Origin: Octopus sinensis
Taxonomy: Eukaryota
Reading direction: 5' to 3'
Length of the DNA stretch: 64,000 bases
Assembly: GCF_006345805.1 (NCBI RefSeq)
Contig: NC_043022.1
Location: forward strand, 16,306,001-16,370,000
Under the pieces are notes generated by a model. That model did no database searches. It was not told the DNA's origin and saw only the letters and a list, made by a program, of their open reading frames with translations. Made by a program: the position numbers and the translations under genes. This document shows positions 37,087 to 50,890 of the stretch, one piece after another. Every line of letters starts with the position of its first letter. Positions within the stretch are counted from its first letter, which is position 1.

Positions 37087-37307
37087 CCCTTTAGTGTTCA
37101 GATTACTCTGTTAAATGTAATACTTTTTTCACTCAAATCATTTTGAATTAATCATGCATTAGCTTACAGCTTTGAAGTTTCAATGGTGTCATAGTTTATT
37201 CTTAGAATGTCAATGTATGTTAGGTGTGAGAGGCTAGATAGGGCCAGTTTGAATGTAAAACATGTAGGATATTTGGGCCGGATATGGTCGGCTTAAACAC
37301 CAAAGGG
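37087..37307 (-). mobile_element. piggyBac-like MITE (family 1, opposite orientation)
   Basis: TTAA|CCCTTTAG ... CCAAAGGG|TTAA. The interior is the reverse complement of 2243-2462. Confidence 0.85.
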
Positions 37308-37344
37308 TTAAAATTGTTGGGTCCTTGGAGACTTTCACCATTGA

Positions 37345-37570
37345 CCCTTTAGCATTGAAATTATTCTGTCGAATGTAATGTTTACTTATTCACCTTGTTT
37401 TGAGTTAATCCTGCATTATCTCATAGCTTTGAGATTTCAATGATGCGATTATTCATTTTTGGAATGACATTGTAGTGTTTGTAGGAGAGCCCTACCCTGG
37501 CCAGTCTGAACATAAAATGGGGAGAAAATTGGGGTCAGATATGGTTGGCTGTAAACTGAATGCGTAAGGC
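37345..37570 (-). mobile_element. Older piggyBac-like MITE copy (family 1)
   Basis: TTGA|CCCTTTAGCATT start, interior similar to 37087-37307, right end decayed. Confidence 0.6.
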
Positions 37571-38460
37571 AAACAGTGAAAATAAGCAAGATGTTTTGTT
37601 TGGAGTTCCACATGCATAATCTGTACAGCAATCTTGTCTAAATACCAAAGATAGTTTAGTTGTTGAGTAACTGTCTGCTTTGATATTGGAGAAATTTAAA
37701 GAAAACAGAAAAACCATGCTAATATATACATAACCTCTTCCACAACCTCATGCAGAATCTGATTAAAGAAGTTCAGGTTAATAGTAGATATACCAATTCA
37801 GAAAAAAAAAAATATATATATATAAAAAAAAAGGAAAAAGTAATTTAATTTATTTTGGAAAGCAGTTCTATATTAGACAAGTTAGTATCGTTTTTTTTTT
37901 TTTTTAATTTCTTACTATTTTGTATGTATTTGTTTTTCACATAATTCATCTTATAGAAAAAATAAGTATCACAGTTTTCTTTAATTTCTATAGAAACAGC
38001 CAGACATTTCTTATCACACTTCCATACATGACTATTTTTTTTTCCAAAATGTATCTTCATTTCCCACCTGTATATGTGTAAATATATACATATATATATA
38101 TATATGTATGCATACACACACACACACAAAATATTTGTTAGACATACAATTTAACCTTAGTGCAAAAATGTAAGCCATGTGGTAACACTGCAGTTATATC
38201 TCTCCACAGGCACAAAAAAAAAAAGGAATCAGTCTGACTGGTTTCTAGACTTGTTAGAACTTCATCAAATAAAGAATACCAATCTTTTGTCCACAGTCAA
38301 AGATTATTAACTTACAGTTATTTATCATAGACACAAACTTTGACAGCACTAAACTGATCTAATTTGCATAAAACTGCATAGACTGACAACTTATATATAT
38401 ATATATATATATACATACATACATATATACACACATATAGTGGCGTGTGTACACTTTTGG

Positions 38461-38513
<53 letters not shown>

Positions 38514-38855
38514 ATATTTATATGAGAGAGAGAGAGATGTATAGATGTCTTCTTTTATCGACAAATAAAAGGCGTGAGCTTTAATATTTCAAATTACAAG
38601 AGCTTATATATAAATGTGTTGGTATAGATGGCTACTCTTGATATATGGATATGAGGGTGGGGTAGGTGAGGAGAGTTTTTATACTATTTATTTATTTATT
38701 TACTTTTTGTAAGTTATTGATTTTTGTTCAATGATACGCTTAGTACTGATAGAGAAAATAAACTATTTGAAAGGTTCCACGACATCTCTTAAATTGTTGC
38801 TTTAAGGTATTACTCATATTCTTGCAGTGTATGTGCATAGATGTGTGTGATTGTA

Positions 38856-38887
<32 letters not shown>

Positions 38888-39523
38888 GTTTATATACACC
38901 GAGAAAGAGAGAGACCCACCTATACATGCATACATATGTGTATGTGTGTGTGTGCATGCACACGTATATAAACTTAGAAAGAAAGCAGTATTCATAATCG
39001 TTGCTAATTTTATACCTACTTGAAGGATTTCGCCTTCAGTTAGAGCCATCTGAATTATTATTCCAGAAAATGACTGCAGCCATTATTGAAATGTGCCATT
39101 AAGCAAGACACATTTCTCTACTTTAGTTTTAAAAAGAAACCCAACATTTCCACTTAAGGGTTGAATAAATTACTTTCAGAAAGGGTGGTTATTTGTTACA
39201 TGCTTGCTTCAAGAAATACTTAACAAACGACGCTATTCCCAAGAGATATTTATATTACATGTATATATATATATGTAAATCACAAACTGTTTGCAACTTG
39301 TTCCCTTAGTGAATCAGTGACATCTCCTACCCAAACCTATGGAGAGTCATGAGGAAAAAGAAGGTAAAACAAAAATCCAGAGGGAAGTCCATATAATTTA
39401 CACCCTGGGGAAGGAGACAAGGTGGATTTAGTATTTCGGATAATGGTCCTTCAACAAAGAAAGAAAATTGGATGGAGAAGAGGTAAAAGAAAAAGGTCAA
39501 ATGAAGAAATGGTAATTTGTGTA

Positions 39524-39755
39524 AGGCGGTGAGCTTGTCAGAAATGTTAGCATGCCAGGCGAAATGCTGAGCAGTATTTCGTCTGTCTTTACGTTCTGAG
39601 TTCAAATTCCGCCAAGGTCGATTTTGTCTTTCATCCTTTTGGAGTTGATTAAATAAGTACTAGTTATGCACTGGATCGATATAATCGACTTAATCCATTT
39701 TTCTGTCCTTGTTTGTCCCCTCTGTGTGTAGCCCTTTGTGGGCAGTAAAGAAATA
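39524..39755 (+). mobile_element. SINE family B
   Basis: Same head and core with tail 2. Further partial copies near 375-480, 5495-5620, 5772-5960, 48340-48440 and 49425-49590. Confidence 0.85.
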
Positions 39756-39783
39756 AGAAATTTATGGTGGCAAACTGAATTAA

Positions 39784-40004
39784 CCCTTTCGTAAACCAAT
39801 CCGGCTGAAACCGGCTCTGGCTCTGAGTACAAATGTTTTGTTTTCAAAATTTTTGAACAAAATCTTCCACTAAACCTTAGTCACAATTTATGTTCCTAAC
39901 ACTAGATTAATGATAACTAAGTTATTTTACTAAATTCTTTGTTATATTTAAAGTAATTGAAAGAAGCACAGAGCATCTCAAAAATAAATACGGTAACGAA
40001 AGGG
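39784..40004. mobile_element. piggyBac-like MITE (family 2)
   Basis: TTAA|CCCTTTCGTAAACC ... GGTAACGAAAGGG|TTAA. The interior is unrelated to family 1. Confidence 0.8.
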
Positions 40005-41024
40005 TTAAAGAGTTGTTGAATTGTTTCAGCTTTGTAAAGGTTATCCTGTCTGTTTGGTTCTTGGAATTTTGTCCTTTTCTTTAACAATTGATTGGCTGAT
40101 GTTCAGCTGTTGAAGTCGACATTATAAGGATATATTCAGAGATCAAATCCAAATACAGTAACTCTATTTTACTCAGTAATGACCTCTGCCTTCTGCAACC
40201 ATGAGCCCTGATATTGTTGATGTTTGTTTAACTCCATTGTACCCTTTCCTTTTTAATTTGGTATGCTATCATTTAAGGAAGTTAACTGCTATTTCTTGCG
40301 GACTGAGCCACTACACAGTGGTTCCCTCATCAGTTTGTACTCTACTGATTAAACCTCCTGACGACGACGTTCCAAATCAGTGGAGCTAACTGTCATAATT
40401 TATCTGCTTTGTTCCCAAAGTATTTTTTCTGAAATAAACAGCTGCCATGATTAAACAATAGTGTAATTAATTGGAATCTATAGTGTGTGGGTGAGTTGGT
40501 GGTGGTGGTGGTGGTGGTGGTAGTCTGTCTGTGCCTGTGTATGTGTGTGTGTTTGTGTCTTTGCAACTGTGTGTTCATGTTTGCGTCTCACTATGTAATC
40601 GTGGCTAACTGTGTGTTGGTGTCTGTCTGTCTCTATATTTGTTTATGAGTCTGTGTGTCTGTCTGTCTGTCTGTGTCTGGCTATGAGGAGTAGCAACAGT
40701 ATGTATGTTTCTATGCACATGTATGCAGGCAAAAAAACCCCCATACAAATGTGTTTGTGCATATGTGCACCCCCACCCCACACATATATACTGTTGTAGG
40801 TAAAGATGTGTGTATATGTGTCTACGTATCTATATATACATATATGTAGGTATATATATGCACACCTGACAAGACATGATGACAGGAACAGCATCCTCGC
40901 ATAGAAAATCCGTCTCAACAAATTCTGTCTGATCTATGCATGCAAACATGACTAGTGGACTGTGATGATGATGATAGTACACCCTCGTGCATGCACGCAC
41001 GCACACACACACACACACACACAC

Positions 41025-41061
<37 letters not shown>

Positions 41062-41372
41062 TCACTCACTGACTCATTCACACACAGACACACACACGTG
41101 TGTGTGTGTGCACATATATTGCTGTTGAACCGTTAGGAGGGTCATTTTTCTAATTAGAAACACATGCTTTTCCCGAGATACATTTGTTTCAACATACACT
41201 TTCACAAGAAGTCTGAAAAATAAAATAAAATAATACACACTCACACACACATTATTATCATTATTATTATGAAATATAATATTTATTAGTAATAATAATG
41301 AGTGTTTACATTATAGTTTTAGTAATATACACTTCTCAAAACACAAAACCTATAACACAAGCAATTTGTGTG

Positions 41373-41410
<38 letters not shown>

Positions 41411-41529
41411 TTATATATCATTGGTCTCCAAGGGTGGTCAGTGAGTATGTAAACTGAAATGTAATTTGATGTCAATAAGAATATAAAATGCAAAGTTAAA
41501 AAAACAAAGTAACTCTCTTCTGTCTTTAC

Positions 41530-41677
41530 TCTTCTAATTGGTGGTTTTGTTGACAATAAATGTCTCGGTTGTATGATGAATGTCCGATGAACCGAAACTG
41601 ATGTTTTAATGCAGTGAAGCATGAGGTTCCCATTCTGGAGATGTTAGTAAGATATTTGGTAGTACGTTGTTTGTCAC
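41530..41677 (-). CDS. Candidate exon
   Basis: Acceptor gtttcaactattcag and donor gtaaag. Only one frame is open: DKQRTTKYLTNISRMGTSCFTALKHQFRFIGHSSYNRDIYCQQNHQLE. Confidence 0.3.
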
Positions 41678-41959
41678 CTGAATAGTTGAAACAACAGCAG
41701 CCGAAATATTTTGTTGATTATGTACTTACTGGGAAGGTAAACTATATCGGTGGTGGTGGTGGTGGGGTGGGGCGGTTTTTGGTCACATATTGAACTTGAT
41801 TTAGCAAACCTTTGATCAAAGACATTTCAAGCCATAAAGAACGTATTTCTGATCTTTAGAATTGGTCTCAGACTACAATATTCATTATATCCTTCTTTTT
41901 TGTACCAGAATGCGATCTGAGGGAAGCTTAATTGATATTTCTTGCATGTTAGATGCTCT

Positions 41960-42480
41960 CTTATTGGTACCATAGGTCAGACCAAGTGTGGGGGAGGGAC
42001 TACACTGTTGCTGTGCATTGCTGCGGTCACCATTTGTTGGTACATTCCCAACAAGCAGAGTCCCAGTTAGTCCTCATCTCCGTTAGATACCTCCTTGTCT
42101 GTCATGACCTTGTGACATGTGGTCAACTAACCTGAGCTGCCAACCCAGCCACATCGTCAGTCAAGAGAACATGGTGAGCAGGGTCTAACTCAGAAAATCA
42201 AGCAACATGGCCAAATAGTCCGAACTGGTGCTCCCAAACCATACAAATAACAAGACGCATCCCAGTTTCTGAGTAGAGTCGTTAGTTGGATACAACATCC
42301 AACCAATGGTAACCCATAATCTTGTGAAGCAATGGTAACCCATAATCTTGTGAAGCAAAGGAGTTCAGGTGGCTCCTAAAGGCCTCAGACAGTTTCCAAG
42401 TTCCACAACTAAGGAGCAGGACAGGGAGGACCAGAGACCTAAAGACCTGAGCCTTCATCCTCCTGCTCAGATATTGGTAG
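41960..42480 (-). mobile_element. Decayed RTE-clade LINE 3' region
   Basis: SLVLPVLLLSCGTWKL...KIMGYHWLDVVSN*RL...QFGLFGHVA. Contains a perfect 26-bp tandem duplication (42305-42330 and 42331-42356). Confidence 0.7.
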
Positions 42481-42932
42481 TGCCAAGCACCTTAGTTGTT
42501 GTTATTTAAAATGAGGTCAATCTGGACCTATCAGAACTATAATCAAAGACATTCCAGCTGTGGCTATCCAGTCTGTTATTCATATGTAATATATCTAGGA
42601 TACATGTAATATATATATTTATACTACCTTTTTTAAAATGACAGTTTGATTTGACTATTTCTAGCAGATGAGTGACCATGCTGGCTCATTGGTATTTTGA
42701 TGAAAAACAGACAATATAAGCTAAGTAGGGCAAGTGACACAGAGAAATTGGTGGAAAGGTGAATGAGGGTAGATGGAAGTGTTGTGAAGGTCTGTCCTAC
42801 TTACATCAAAGAAGTAAACATTATCTAAAGCAATGTTGCTGATATGTCTGAGAGCAGTTGAGAAATAGTGCAACAATCAATTCATTGTTCTTGTTTCGCT
42901 GTTGTAGACTTTATTTTTTTTTCCATCTATAG

Positions 42933-42988
42933 AAAACACTCCTGGTGCTTTAGGAAGCCCCAGGAGGAGTTCATCCCCACTGAGAGAT
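42933..42988 (+). CDS. Candidate plus-strand exon
   Basis: Strong acceptor tttattttttttccatctatag and donor gtaatc. NTPGALGSPRRSSSPLRD. Phase-compatible with a second candidate at 52189-52233 (KTIHNVLPSEESDVK). Confidence 0.2.
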
Positions 42989-43077
42989 GTAATCCATTAA
43001 ACTATTCAACAGTTTCCTCCTCTTCTTCCTCCTCTGCCTCCTGTTTATTAGTTTTAGAAAACATGAATAAACCATGC

Positions 43078-43123
43078 TGTTGTTGTTATTACCATTATTG
43101 TTGTTGTTGTTGTTGTTGTTGTT

Positions 43124-43200
<77 letters not shown>

Positions 43201-43244
43201 CGTCGTCGTCGTCGTTGTTGTTGTTGTTGTTATTATTATTATTA

Positions 43245-43306
<62 letters not shown>

Positions 43307-43363
43307 CATTATTATTACCATTATTATTATTATTACTATTATTATTATTATTATTATCATCAC

Positions 43364-43395
<32 letters not shown>

Positions 43396-43405
43396 TATTA
43401 TTATT
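43078..43405. repeat. Compound trinucleotide tract (TGT)/(CGT)/(TAT)
   Basis: Directly visible. Other (AAT)n tracts at 871-965, 5962-6000 and 22895-23010. Long (TA)/(TG) tracts at 7570-7840, 17820-18170 and 51460-51855. Confidence 0.95.
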
Positions 43406-44246
43406 CTCCGGTAGGAAAATGAAATGATAAATGAATGAAGAAACAAATGGCATAGTCTCATTCTATGAAGAAATGGTTATTTACATTTTTTTTTTTAAAT
43501 GACCTACTTTTTAGTTTCAAAACAATGTTGCATACAGTTTGCAAATCAATTTTCTTTACTAGCTTATTTAGCCATTATCTCTTTTACCAGTGCCGTTTTA
43601 CCATTTTACCTTGCTGTTTTATTAAATAGTTATCTCTCTCTCTCTTTTTAAAGAGGAGAGAAAAATATTGAATTTTTCTCTTACTGTAATGTAAGTAATT
43701 TGTCGTAATAGGGTGCTTACATTATATTATCTCAACCCCTCCCCGACCACCCAAATTATATTGATTTGGGGCTAATTTCTTAATAGGTAATGGAAAAATA
43801 GTAGGGTGGGTGGGGAAAGAAAAATAAAAGTTTACAAATTGGAAACTAAGATGTAAAAGAAATAAGAAATTCAATATTTTCCTCTCATTAGATCCCCGAC
43901 AGTTATATTGAAGAAATTTCCTTCCAAGATATGTTTGAAAGTTTTTCACAAAACCTCACTTCAGAATATTGTCCAATTAGGAAGATAAGAACTCTGCAAT
44001 AAAACCTCTGAGTCTTTAGTCCACTCTATGCATTTTAGTCTGCGTTATGTGGTATATATATCTCTCTCCCTCCCACACACTCTCTCTCTCACTCTCATTT
44101 TCTAGCAAACATATTTGTTTCGCTGTAGATACACATTCATTGGTTGTTGATAAATAGTTCTGCTTTGGTAGTCTTGTGGTACAGAGCTGATCAAATGATA
44201 ATATTATTGTAAGTTCAATATTCCAGGTAGAGTGCACATTATGTTT

Positions 44247-44295
<49 letters not shown>

Positions 44296-46240
44296 TATAT
44301 ATATATTTATTTATATTTATTTATTTATATGTCAGATATATAAATTACATATATATACATGTGTATCAGTTTGCATATATGTATATATGTTTATACATAT
44401 GTGTATGTATATATATATATTTGTGTGTATATATGTATATACGTGTGTGTGTGTGTGTGTGCATGTAGATGCTGTTTTAATCACTTAACCCTGTGTGTTA
44501 TCAGAACTAATTTCAACAATAGTGAATGGTGGAGATGAAAAGTAAAGTCAAGTACTTCAACACTTTACAATTGTAAACCATCAAACCATTGATCAATACT
44601 AAACTGGTCTGGTCTGGCACACCAGCATCACCTCATCATCTTCTCTTGTATTCTGTGTTGCTGTGTATGCCTTATAATCTATACATCCATCTATGTTTTT
44701 TTCACCAAGAATAAAACAAGTACCTGCCCTCCCCACACATGTATATTGTGTGTATCTATAGGATGGATGTTGTATTAACTGCTTGGGGATATTTAGTATT
44801 GTTTTAGCCAAGTGGAAATACTGAGACATTAAACAGTGTAATTAAAGTTTAACTATTATGGTTAAGAGGTTTTGACATTAGATAGTCTTTACTGAATGTC
44901 TTCATAAAGCCACTTATACATTTGGGTGGATGTAAATGTGTGTAGATTTGTGGTTACCTGTATATACATGTGTGTGTTTATATATGCTTGCATGTACTTA
45001 CAAGTGTTATCTAATAGATATATATGGGTATGTGAGTGTGTGTGCGTATATATATGTGTGTGTGTGTGTATTTGAATATGTGAGCATTTATATATATATC
45101 TATGTATGTATATATATATATATATGTATGTGTGTATACATACACTCACACACACACACAAGGTGCAATGGATGATGTATGAACATGCTGGACTTATAGG
45201 AGAATGGATGAGTTCAAACTTTTGTACAAATCATTGTTGTACCTCCAGATACACATATCCCTTTGATAGGAAAGACAACAAATTCTAAAGTCAAGTGCTT
45301 CAGTAGTATGTGACTGTTCAAATTTATAAAAAGATTTCCTACCCCAAGCAAGCATGGAAAACGTGTGTGTGTGTGCTGAAGTACACTAATTAAAGATTGT
45401 AATTTGTTCTAAAACACTACCAGTTGGATTATGACACTTGAGTATAAAACGAGGGAGTCTCCTGAAATATTGCAGCAATCCAAGCCAAAATCAAGGACAA
45501 ATAAGCCAATGAACACATACAATCAAGTTCAATCAGATTTATTCCTGTGATAATGATCAGCTAATAACGTCTGGTGTCATTAAGTAATGATTAACCCTCT
45601 AACCAGTGGTTGACCTTCTTTTACTTTCTGCATCTATTTAGATTTTTGAGGTTTTTGCTATCATATATGGAAATTGATTTGTGGTTTTGTTTTGTTTCTT
45701 AAATACCTGTTTTAACCTATATTTTCCATCGCTCAATCCTCTGACTTACTTTTAATTCCACTCAGAGGATCTACAGATGTTATTTCATTAAATGGATGAA
45801 TTTCGTTTTGTTTTCATGTTTTGACATTTTAGTCACTGCCTTGGTACTTTCTGTGAACTAACTGGAAGTTGCTTGTTACCACTATTATTAATTTTGACCT
45901 CTAATAGGATTACTTTAATCTTTATCGAGTATTCATTATATTTCGTTCACATTGGTGCTGTTCTTATCTATTTAAAGTAATTTACGTATTTTTATACTTA
46001 TTAACAAGCTATTTCTACTTCAGTCGATCAGCTTAAAACTCCTCCCTTATTAATATTTAGCTGTGCTTACAAAGGTGTCACAATGACCAAATGGAATTAG
46101 ATGCTGTTTACTAATAATAAATTGCATTCTAGATTTCATCACTTTTACAGTTTTGTATGGAAAAGTAAGACATTGAGCTCATTTCACAGTCTTTAAAGTT
46201 GTACATAAAAGAGTTAAAGGATGAGAAGTATCAAGGCATT

Positions 46241-46623
46241 GGAAGCACTCCGTCGGTTACGATGACAAGGGTTCTGGTTGATCCGACCAACGGAACAGCC
46301 TGCTTGTGAAATTAACGTGTAAGTGGCTGAGCACTCCACAGACACGTGTACCCTTAACGTAGTTCTCGGGGATATTCAGCATGACACAGAGGGTGACAAG
46401 GCAGGCCCTTTGAAATACATGTACAACAGAAACAGGAAGAAAGAGTGAGAGAAAGTTGTGGTGAAAGAGTACAGCAGGGATCACCACCATCCCCTGCCGG
46501 AGCCTCGTGGGGCTTTAGGTGTTTTTGCTCAGTAAACACTCACAACGCCCGGTCTGGGAATTGAAACCACGATCCTATGACCGCGAGTCCGCTGCCCTAA
46601 CCACTGGGCCATTGCGCCTCCAC
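46241..46623 (-). mobile_element. Full-length young tRNA-derived SINE (resembles Nin/Deu-domain type, unverified)
   Basis: GGAGGCGCAATGGCCCAGTGGTTAGGGCAGCGGACTCGCGG...GGTTTCAATTCCC head. Perfect TSD TATCAAGGCATT at 46229-46240 and 46624-46635. Confidence 0.9.
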
Positions 46624-47044
46624 TATCAAGGCATTAACCATCTTCTCAATAGATATAATGTCCTTTAGAAATTAGCCATCAATTATTGTCAAACCAAGTT
46701 CTCCTTGGCCTCTCTTGCAATCACCATCATCATGTCACGTACTCTAAATTGATCTGTACTCATTTCTATTCCGAACTTCAACAAATGAAGAACGGCGGTG
46801 AATGGAGCATCCCAGAATATAACCTAAATACCACAAGGCACATTACCGTATAGACTCTGACATCTCGTTTTAATAGACATACACACTCACAGGATTCCAC
46901 ACAGTTTCCATGTACTTAGTGTTCACTTGATAGGCCTTGGTTAATCCAAAGCTACAGCAGGTCACACAGAAGGATTGAACCTGAAGACACAGGATTGCAA
47001 AGCAGACTTCTTAACTACATAGCTATACAAGCAAATATTATTAC

Positions 47045-47087
<43 letters not shown>

Positions 47088-47724
47088 TGTTTATAAATAT
47101 CCAGTGTATGTATTTGTTTGTTTACATTGTTTGTGTGTTTGTGTGGGTATTTAAAATCTATTTCCCATATTACATAACACAGATCTGACATGTTTTATTT
47201 TATTATTTAATTCATCAGCAATTAGTTCTAGAATCTCTGCCAAATTCAGCTCCTTACACTGATCATTAGTGACTTTTTTTCCCCTCTATCATTTATTAAT
47301 AAGTGCTGGGAGTTAAAAATATATTTTCTATATTAAAACTTAGAAAGAATTAGCTTTTGTATTTTTTGTTCTTTTTTTTTTTTGTTTTGTATTTGGACAA
47401 ATAATTCTCAGATATTGAATTTGTAATTCATTTAATGTTATTCAAGTTGTTTGAAGTATGTGTTTCTGGTTATCTTGGATTAAGTTTATCTTTTACTTGT
47501 TTCAGTCATTAGACTGCAGCCATGCAGGGGGCACCAACTTACAAAATTTTTTAGTCGAATAAATCAACTCTTATGCTATTAGTCTGTTTTTTGTCAAACT
47601 GCTAAGTTACAGGGACATAAACACATCAACACTGGTTGTCAAGCAATGGTAGGAGACAAATACAGACACAATGAGACACACACACACACACATGATGGGT
47701 TTCTTTCAGTTTCCATCTACTAGT

Positions 47725-47878
47725 GATGCCACACCTCATTTCTACAGCTGAGTGAACTGGAGCAACATGAAATGAAGTGTCTTGCTCAAGAACACAACAC
47801 ACAACCAGGTCTAGGAATCGAACTCACAATCCCACAATTGTAAGCCAAGTGCTCTAACTACTGAGCCATATGCCCTAA
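47725..47878 (-). mobile_element. SINE family D fragment (AAGTGTCTTGCTCAAGAACACAAC)
   Basis: tRNA-like head on the minus strand, with a second copy at 6865-6995. Confidence 0.7.
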
Positions 47879-50344
47879 CATAAACACTAACTTACCTATA
47901 AATAGTAATCCAGATGACATAAGAAAGCACTTAGAAAAAAGGAAACCTTTCCATGCTGTTTTGCGTTTTGTTTCCATTTAAGTATTATTGAGTTGGTTTT
48001 ACACGTCTTCAGATATATCAAACAACATTAATGTACTATAAACCCTCCACCCTGCTCCCATCATTTACCACTTTCTTCTTTCTTTTTTTTTTTTTTAGCC
48101 ATTCTGGGAAACTACCGAACAGTTTGGCCTTCTCTCAAATGCACTATTGGTTATTGTTAATTTTAAACTCATAGATTGAATGTCTATTTTTAAAATTTTG
48201 TGCCCTAATATAATACCATCAAAAGATGTGGCCACATGGTACATTGTTAATTTAATGTGGTGCTTTCATAAATTCATGTAGGCTTAATTCCTGGTTCAAA
48301 CATCTTTGCTCACTTTGTTTATTGCCTTTCAAATGTTGGCACGAGGGCAGCAATTTATGGGAGGGGTGGGGGGAAGTCGATTATATCAACCCCACTGCTC
48401 AACTGGTACTTATTTTACTGACCCCTAAAGGAATGTAGTCAGAAGAAATGCCACTAAGCTAATTATGAATTCCTTTTGTAAGCTATAAGAGTATCTCAGT
48501 TTCCCATAACTATTAAAAGAATATTCAAACTTTATATTTTATTAACAAATATTTTTTTAAGGAAAAAAGCCAGATCTACAGCTATAAAAAGATTAGTTTA
48601 GTAAGAGAGGATCATCCTCCTCCTCCTCATCATCATCATTTAATGTCTGTTTTCAATGCTGGCATGGGTTGGATGGCTTGACAGGAACTGGTTAGGTTGA
48701 AGACTGCACCAAGCTCCATTGGTTGTTTTCCACATGGTTTCCACATGGTTTTCCCTTTCTAATGCCAACTGCCCTACAGAAAGTACTGGCTGCTTTTTAC
48801 ATGGCACCAGCACCACTGCTTTTTATGTGACACCAGCACTGAGAAGGTCACCAAGAACTTTCAGAACAAAAAATCCCTCAGCTGGGAGTAGGAGTAGTAG
48901 TGGGGGTTGTGTGGCTTTGTGCCAGTTGATGAGAGATTAGAGGTAAAAAAAAAAAAAAGGGACAGGGATAAGTATCTTGCTGTAGAGTAGATACATGAAT
49001 ACTCCAGTTGAAAAAAGGAAGGATGGTCAGTTAGAAAGATATATTACTGATAATGTTTTTATAAAACTGAGCAAAGTTGATCTCGGTTAAATTAAGTCCT
49101 GATCAAATACAGGATCAACTAAGATTTTCTGAAATAAACACTCAAGTTCATCTTCACTCACATTTAGTTTTTTCTTTTTTTTTTTAGTAACAAATGGCAT
49201 GGTTCTTTTCCGTACAGTGACAGCCTATTCACTGAGCACTTTAGTGGCTGAATCTGAGGCCCAAAGTCAAAGAGGCCAAACTTGTAACAAACATTGGCAC
49301 ATGTTCTATTTGTTTCATTTTCTCCATTTCAATAGACACTAATTTTGGAAAGTCTGTATCTATTTCATTCTGAAAAGTATTGAATTTCCCATTGGCACGA
49401 AGCCATTAAAATATATGCAAAGAGTATAATTAATTGAATTGTAGCCATTACATGCCTGCTACTTATTTTATTAATCCTTCAGAGATGAAAAGTAAAGTTG
49501 ACCCCCAAAAGGATTTGGAATGTAAATATAAACAGAGGATATTAAATGTTAGAAAGCAGTTGCCTATCACTGTCACTCGACCGCCTTCTCTGAACACAAA
49601 TACAATAACAAAATATAGCTTTAAAATAACATGTAATCATTTTCTTTTTTAGAATGTTTTTCAAATGTATTTATGGCAATGTTTTTTATTTTTATACTTT
49701 TCCTTCAATTATGGCTCTTTTAATGAATGTGTTTAGTCAGTCAGTCTTTGCCAGCTGGATTTGAACTAAGAACTTTTTTGATAGCAAATAGAAAACAATA
49801 ACATAGTAAATTTATGTATTTGTTTTGTAAGATTCCTGATGTGAAGCAATGTTTTGAAACAGACATTGTTATATTTCAGGATGGTCATTTTCATTTTTCT
49901 TGCCAAATAAACACATGCACTTTATACTCATTCTTCACTTCAGCTTCATTAGATAAACAGGACAGGAGGAGACACATGGGATGGGAAGTCACTGAAGAGG
50001 TCACAGGATGCGTGACAAAAGATTTCAGAAACTGAAGTGAAGAACAAGTATATAAATTGTGTGTGTTTATTTGGCAAAAAAATACAAGAAGCAAATGACC
50101 ATTCTGAAATATAACAATAATTATATAATATCAAGAATGGTTACCTATTTGTAGCAAGATCTTCCAAGGGTCTGCTGACTGACCCCTAAAATAGCTGCTA
50201 TCCTAGATTATTAATTATGCTTTTCACAACAGAAGCATTGCTCTTGTAGTTTAACCTTTTAGCATTCACTTTACTCCTCTGTCAAACGTGAGGCTTTGCA
50301 TCGTCTCATGATGTGATTGTTTATTTTTTCAATGACATTGTATC

Positions 50345-50705
50345 TTTTGCTTGCTTCAGTCATTAGACTGCAGCCATGCTGGAGCCCTACTCTGAGGAAG
50401 TTTAGCCGCATGAATTGACCTCTGTATTTTATTTTTCGTAAGCCTGGTACTTATTCTGTCAGTCTCATTTGCTGAAATGCTATGTCCCAGGGATGTAAAC
50501 ACACCAACACCAGTTGCCAAGTGGTAGAGAAGGACAAACACAGACACAAAAGGCACATGCACAACTGGCTTCTTTCAGTTTCCATCTACCAAATCCGCTC
50601 ACAAGGCTTTGGTCAGCCTGGGACACCAATAGTGGACACTTGCCCATGATGTCACACATTGTGACTGAATTCTGAAGCATGTGGTTGGGAAGCAAGCTTC
50701 TTACC
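50345..50705 (-). mobile_element. SINE family A
   Basis: Reverse complement of 60465. Confidence 0.8.
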
Positions 50706-50719
50706 ATATTACTACACTT

Positions 50720-50890
50720 GAACAGGTCTATGACAGAAGCCTTTCCAGCCATGACCACCTCATGTTTGTCTTTTTTTCATGAGGCATAGTGAGTACTGGA
50801 CTACATAAAACAATGTATTCTATTTTAAAGATAATAGAGTGTGATTTAAGTGAGATTTGGCTGCTATTTCTAGCAGATTGAATCATGATG
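50720..50890 (-). repeat. Unclassified interspersed repeat (GATTTGGCTGCTATTTCTAGCA motif)
   Basis: Similar segments near 4325-4455, 28620-28690, 32455-32510 and 42490-42695. Confidence 0.6.

Noticed and set aside
40280-40335. Minus-strand CTGATGA...GAAA motif
   Set aside because: There is no stem II closing next to the core and no stem III.
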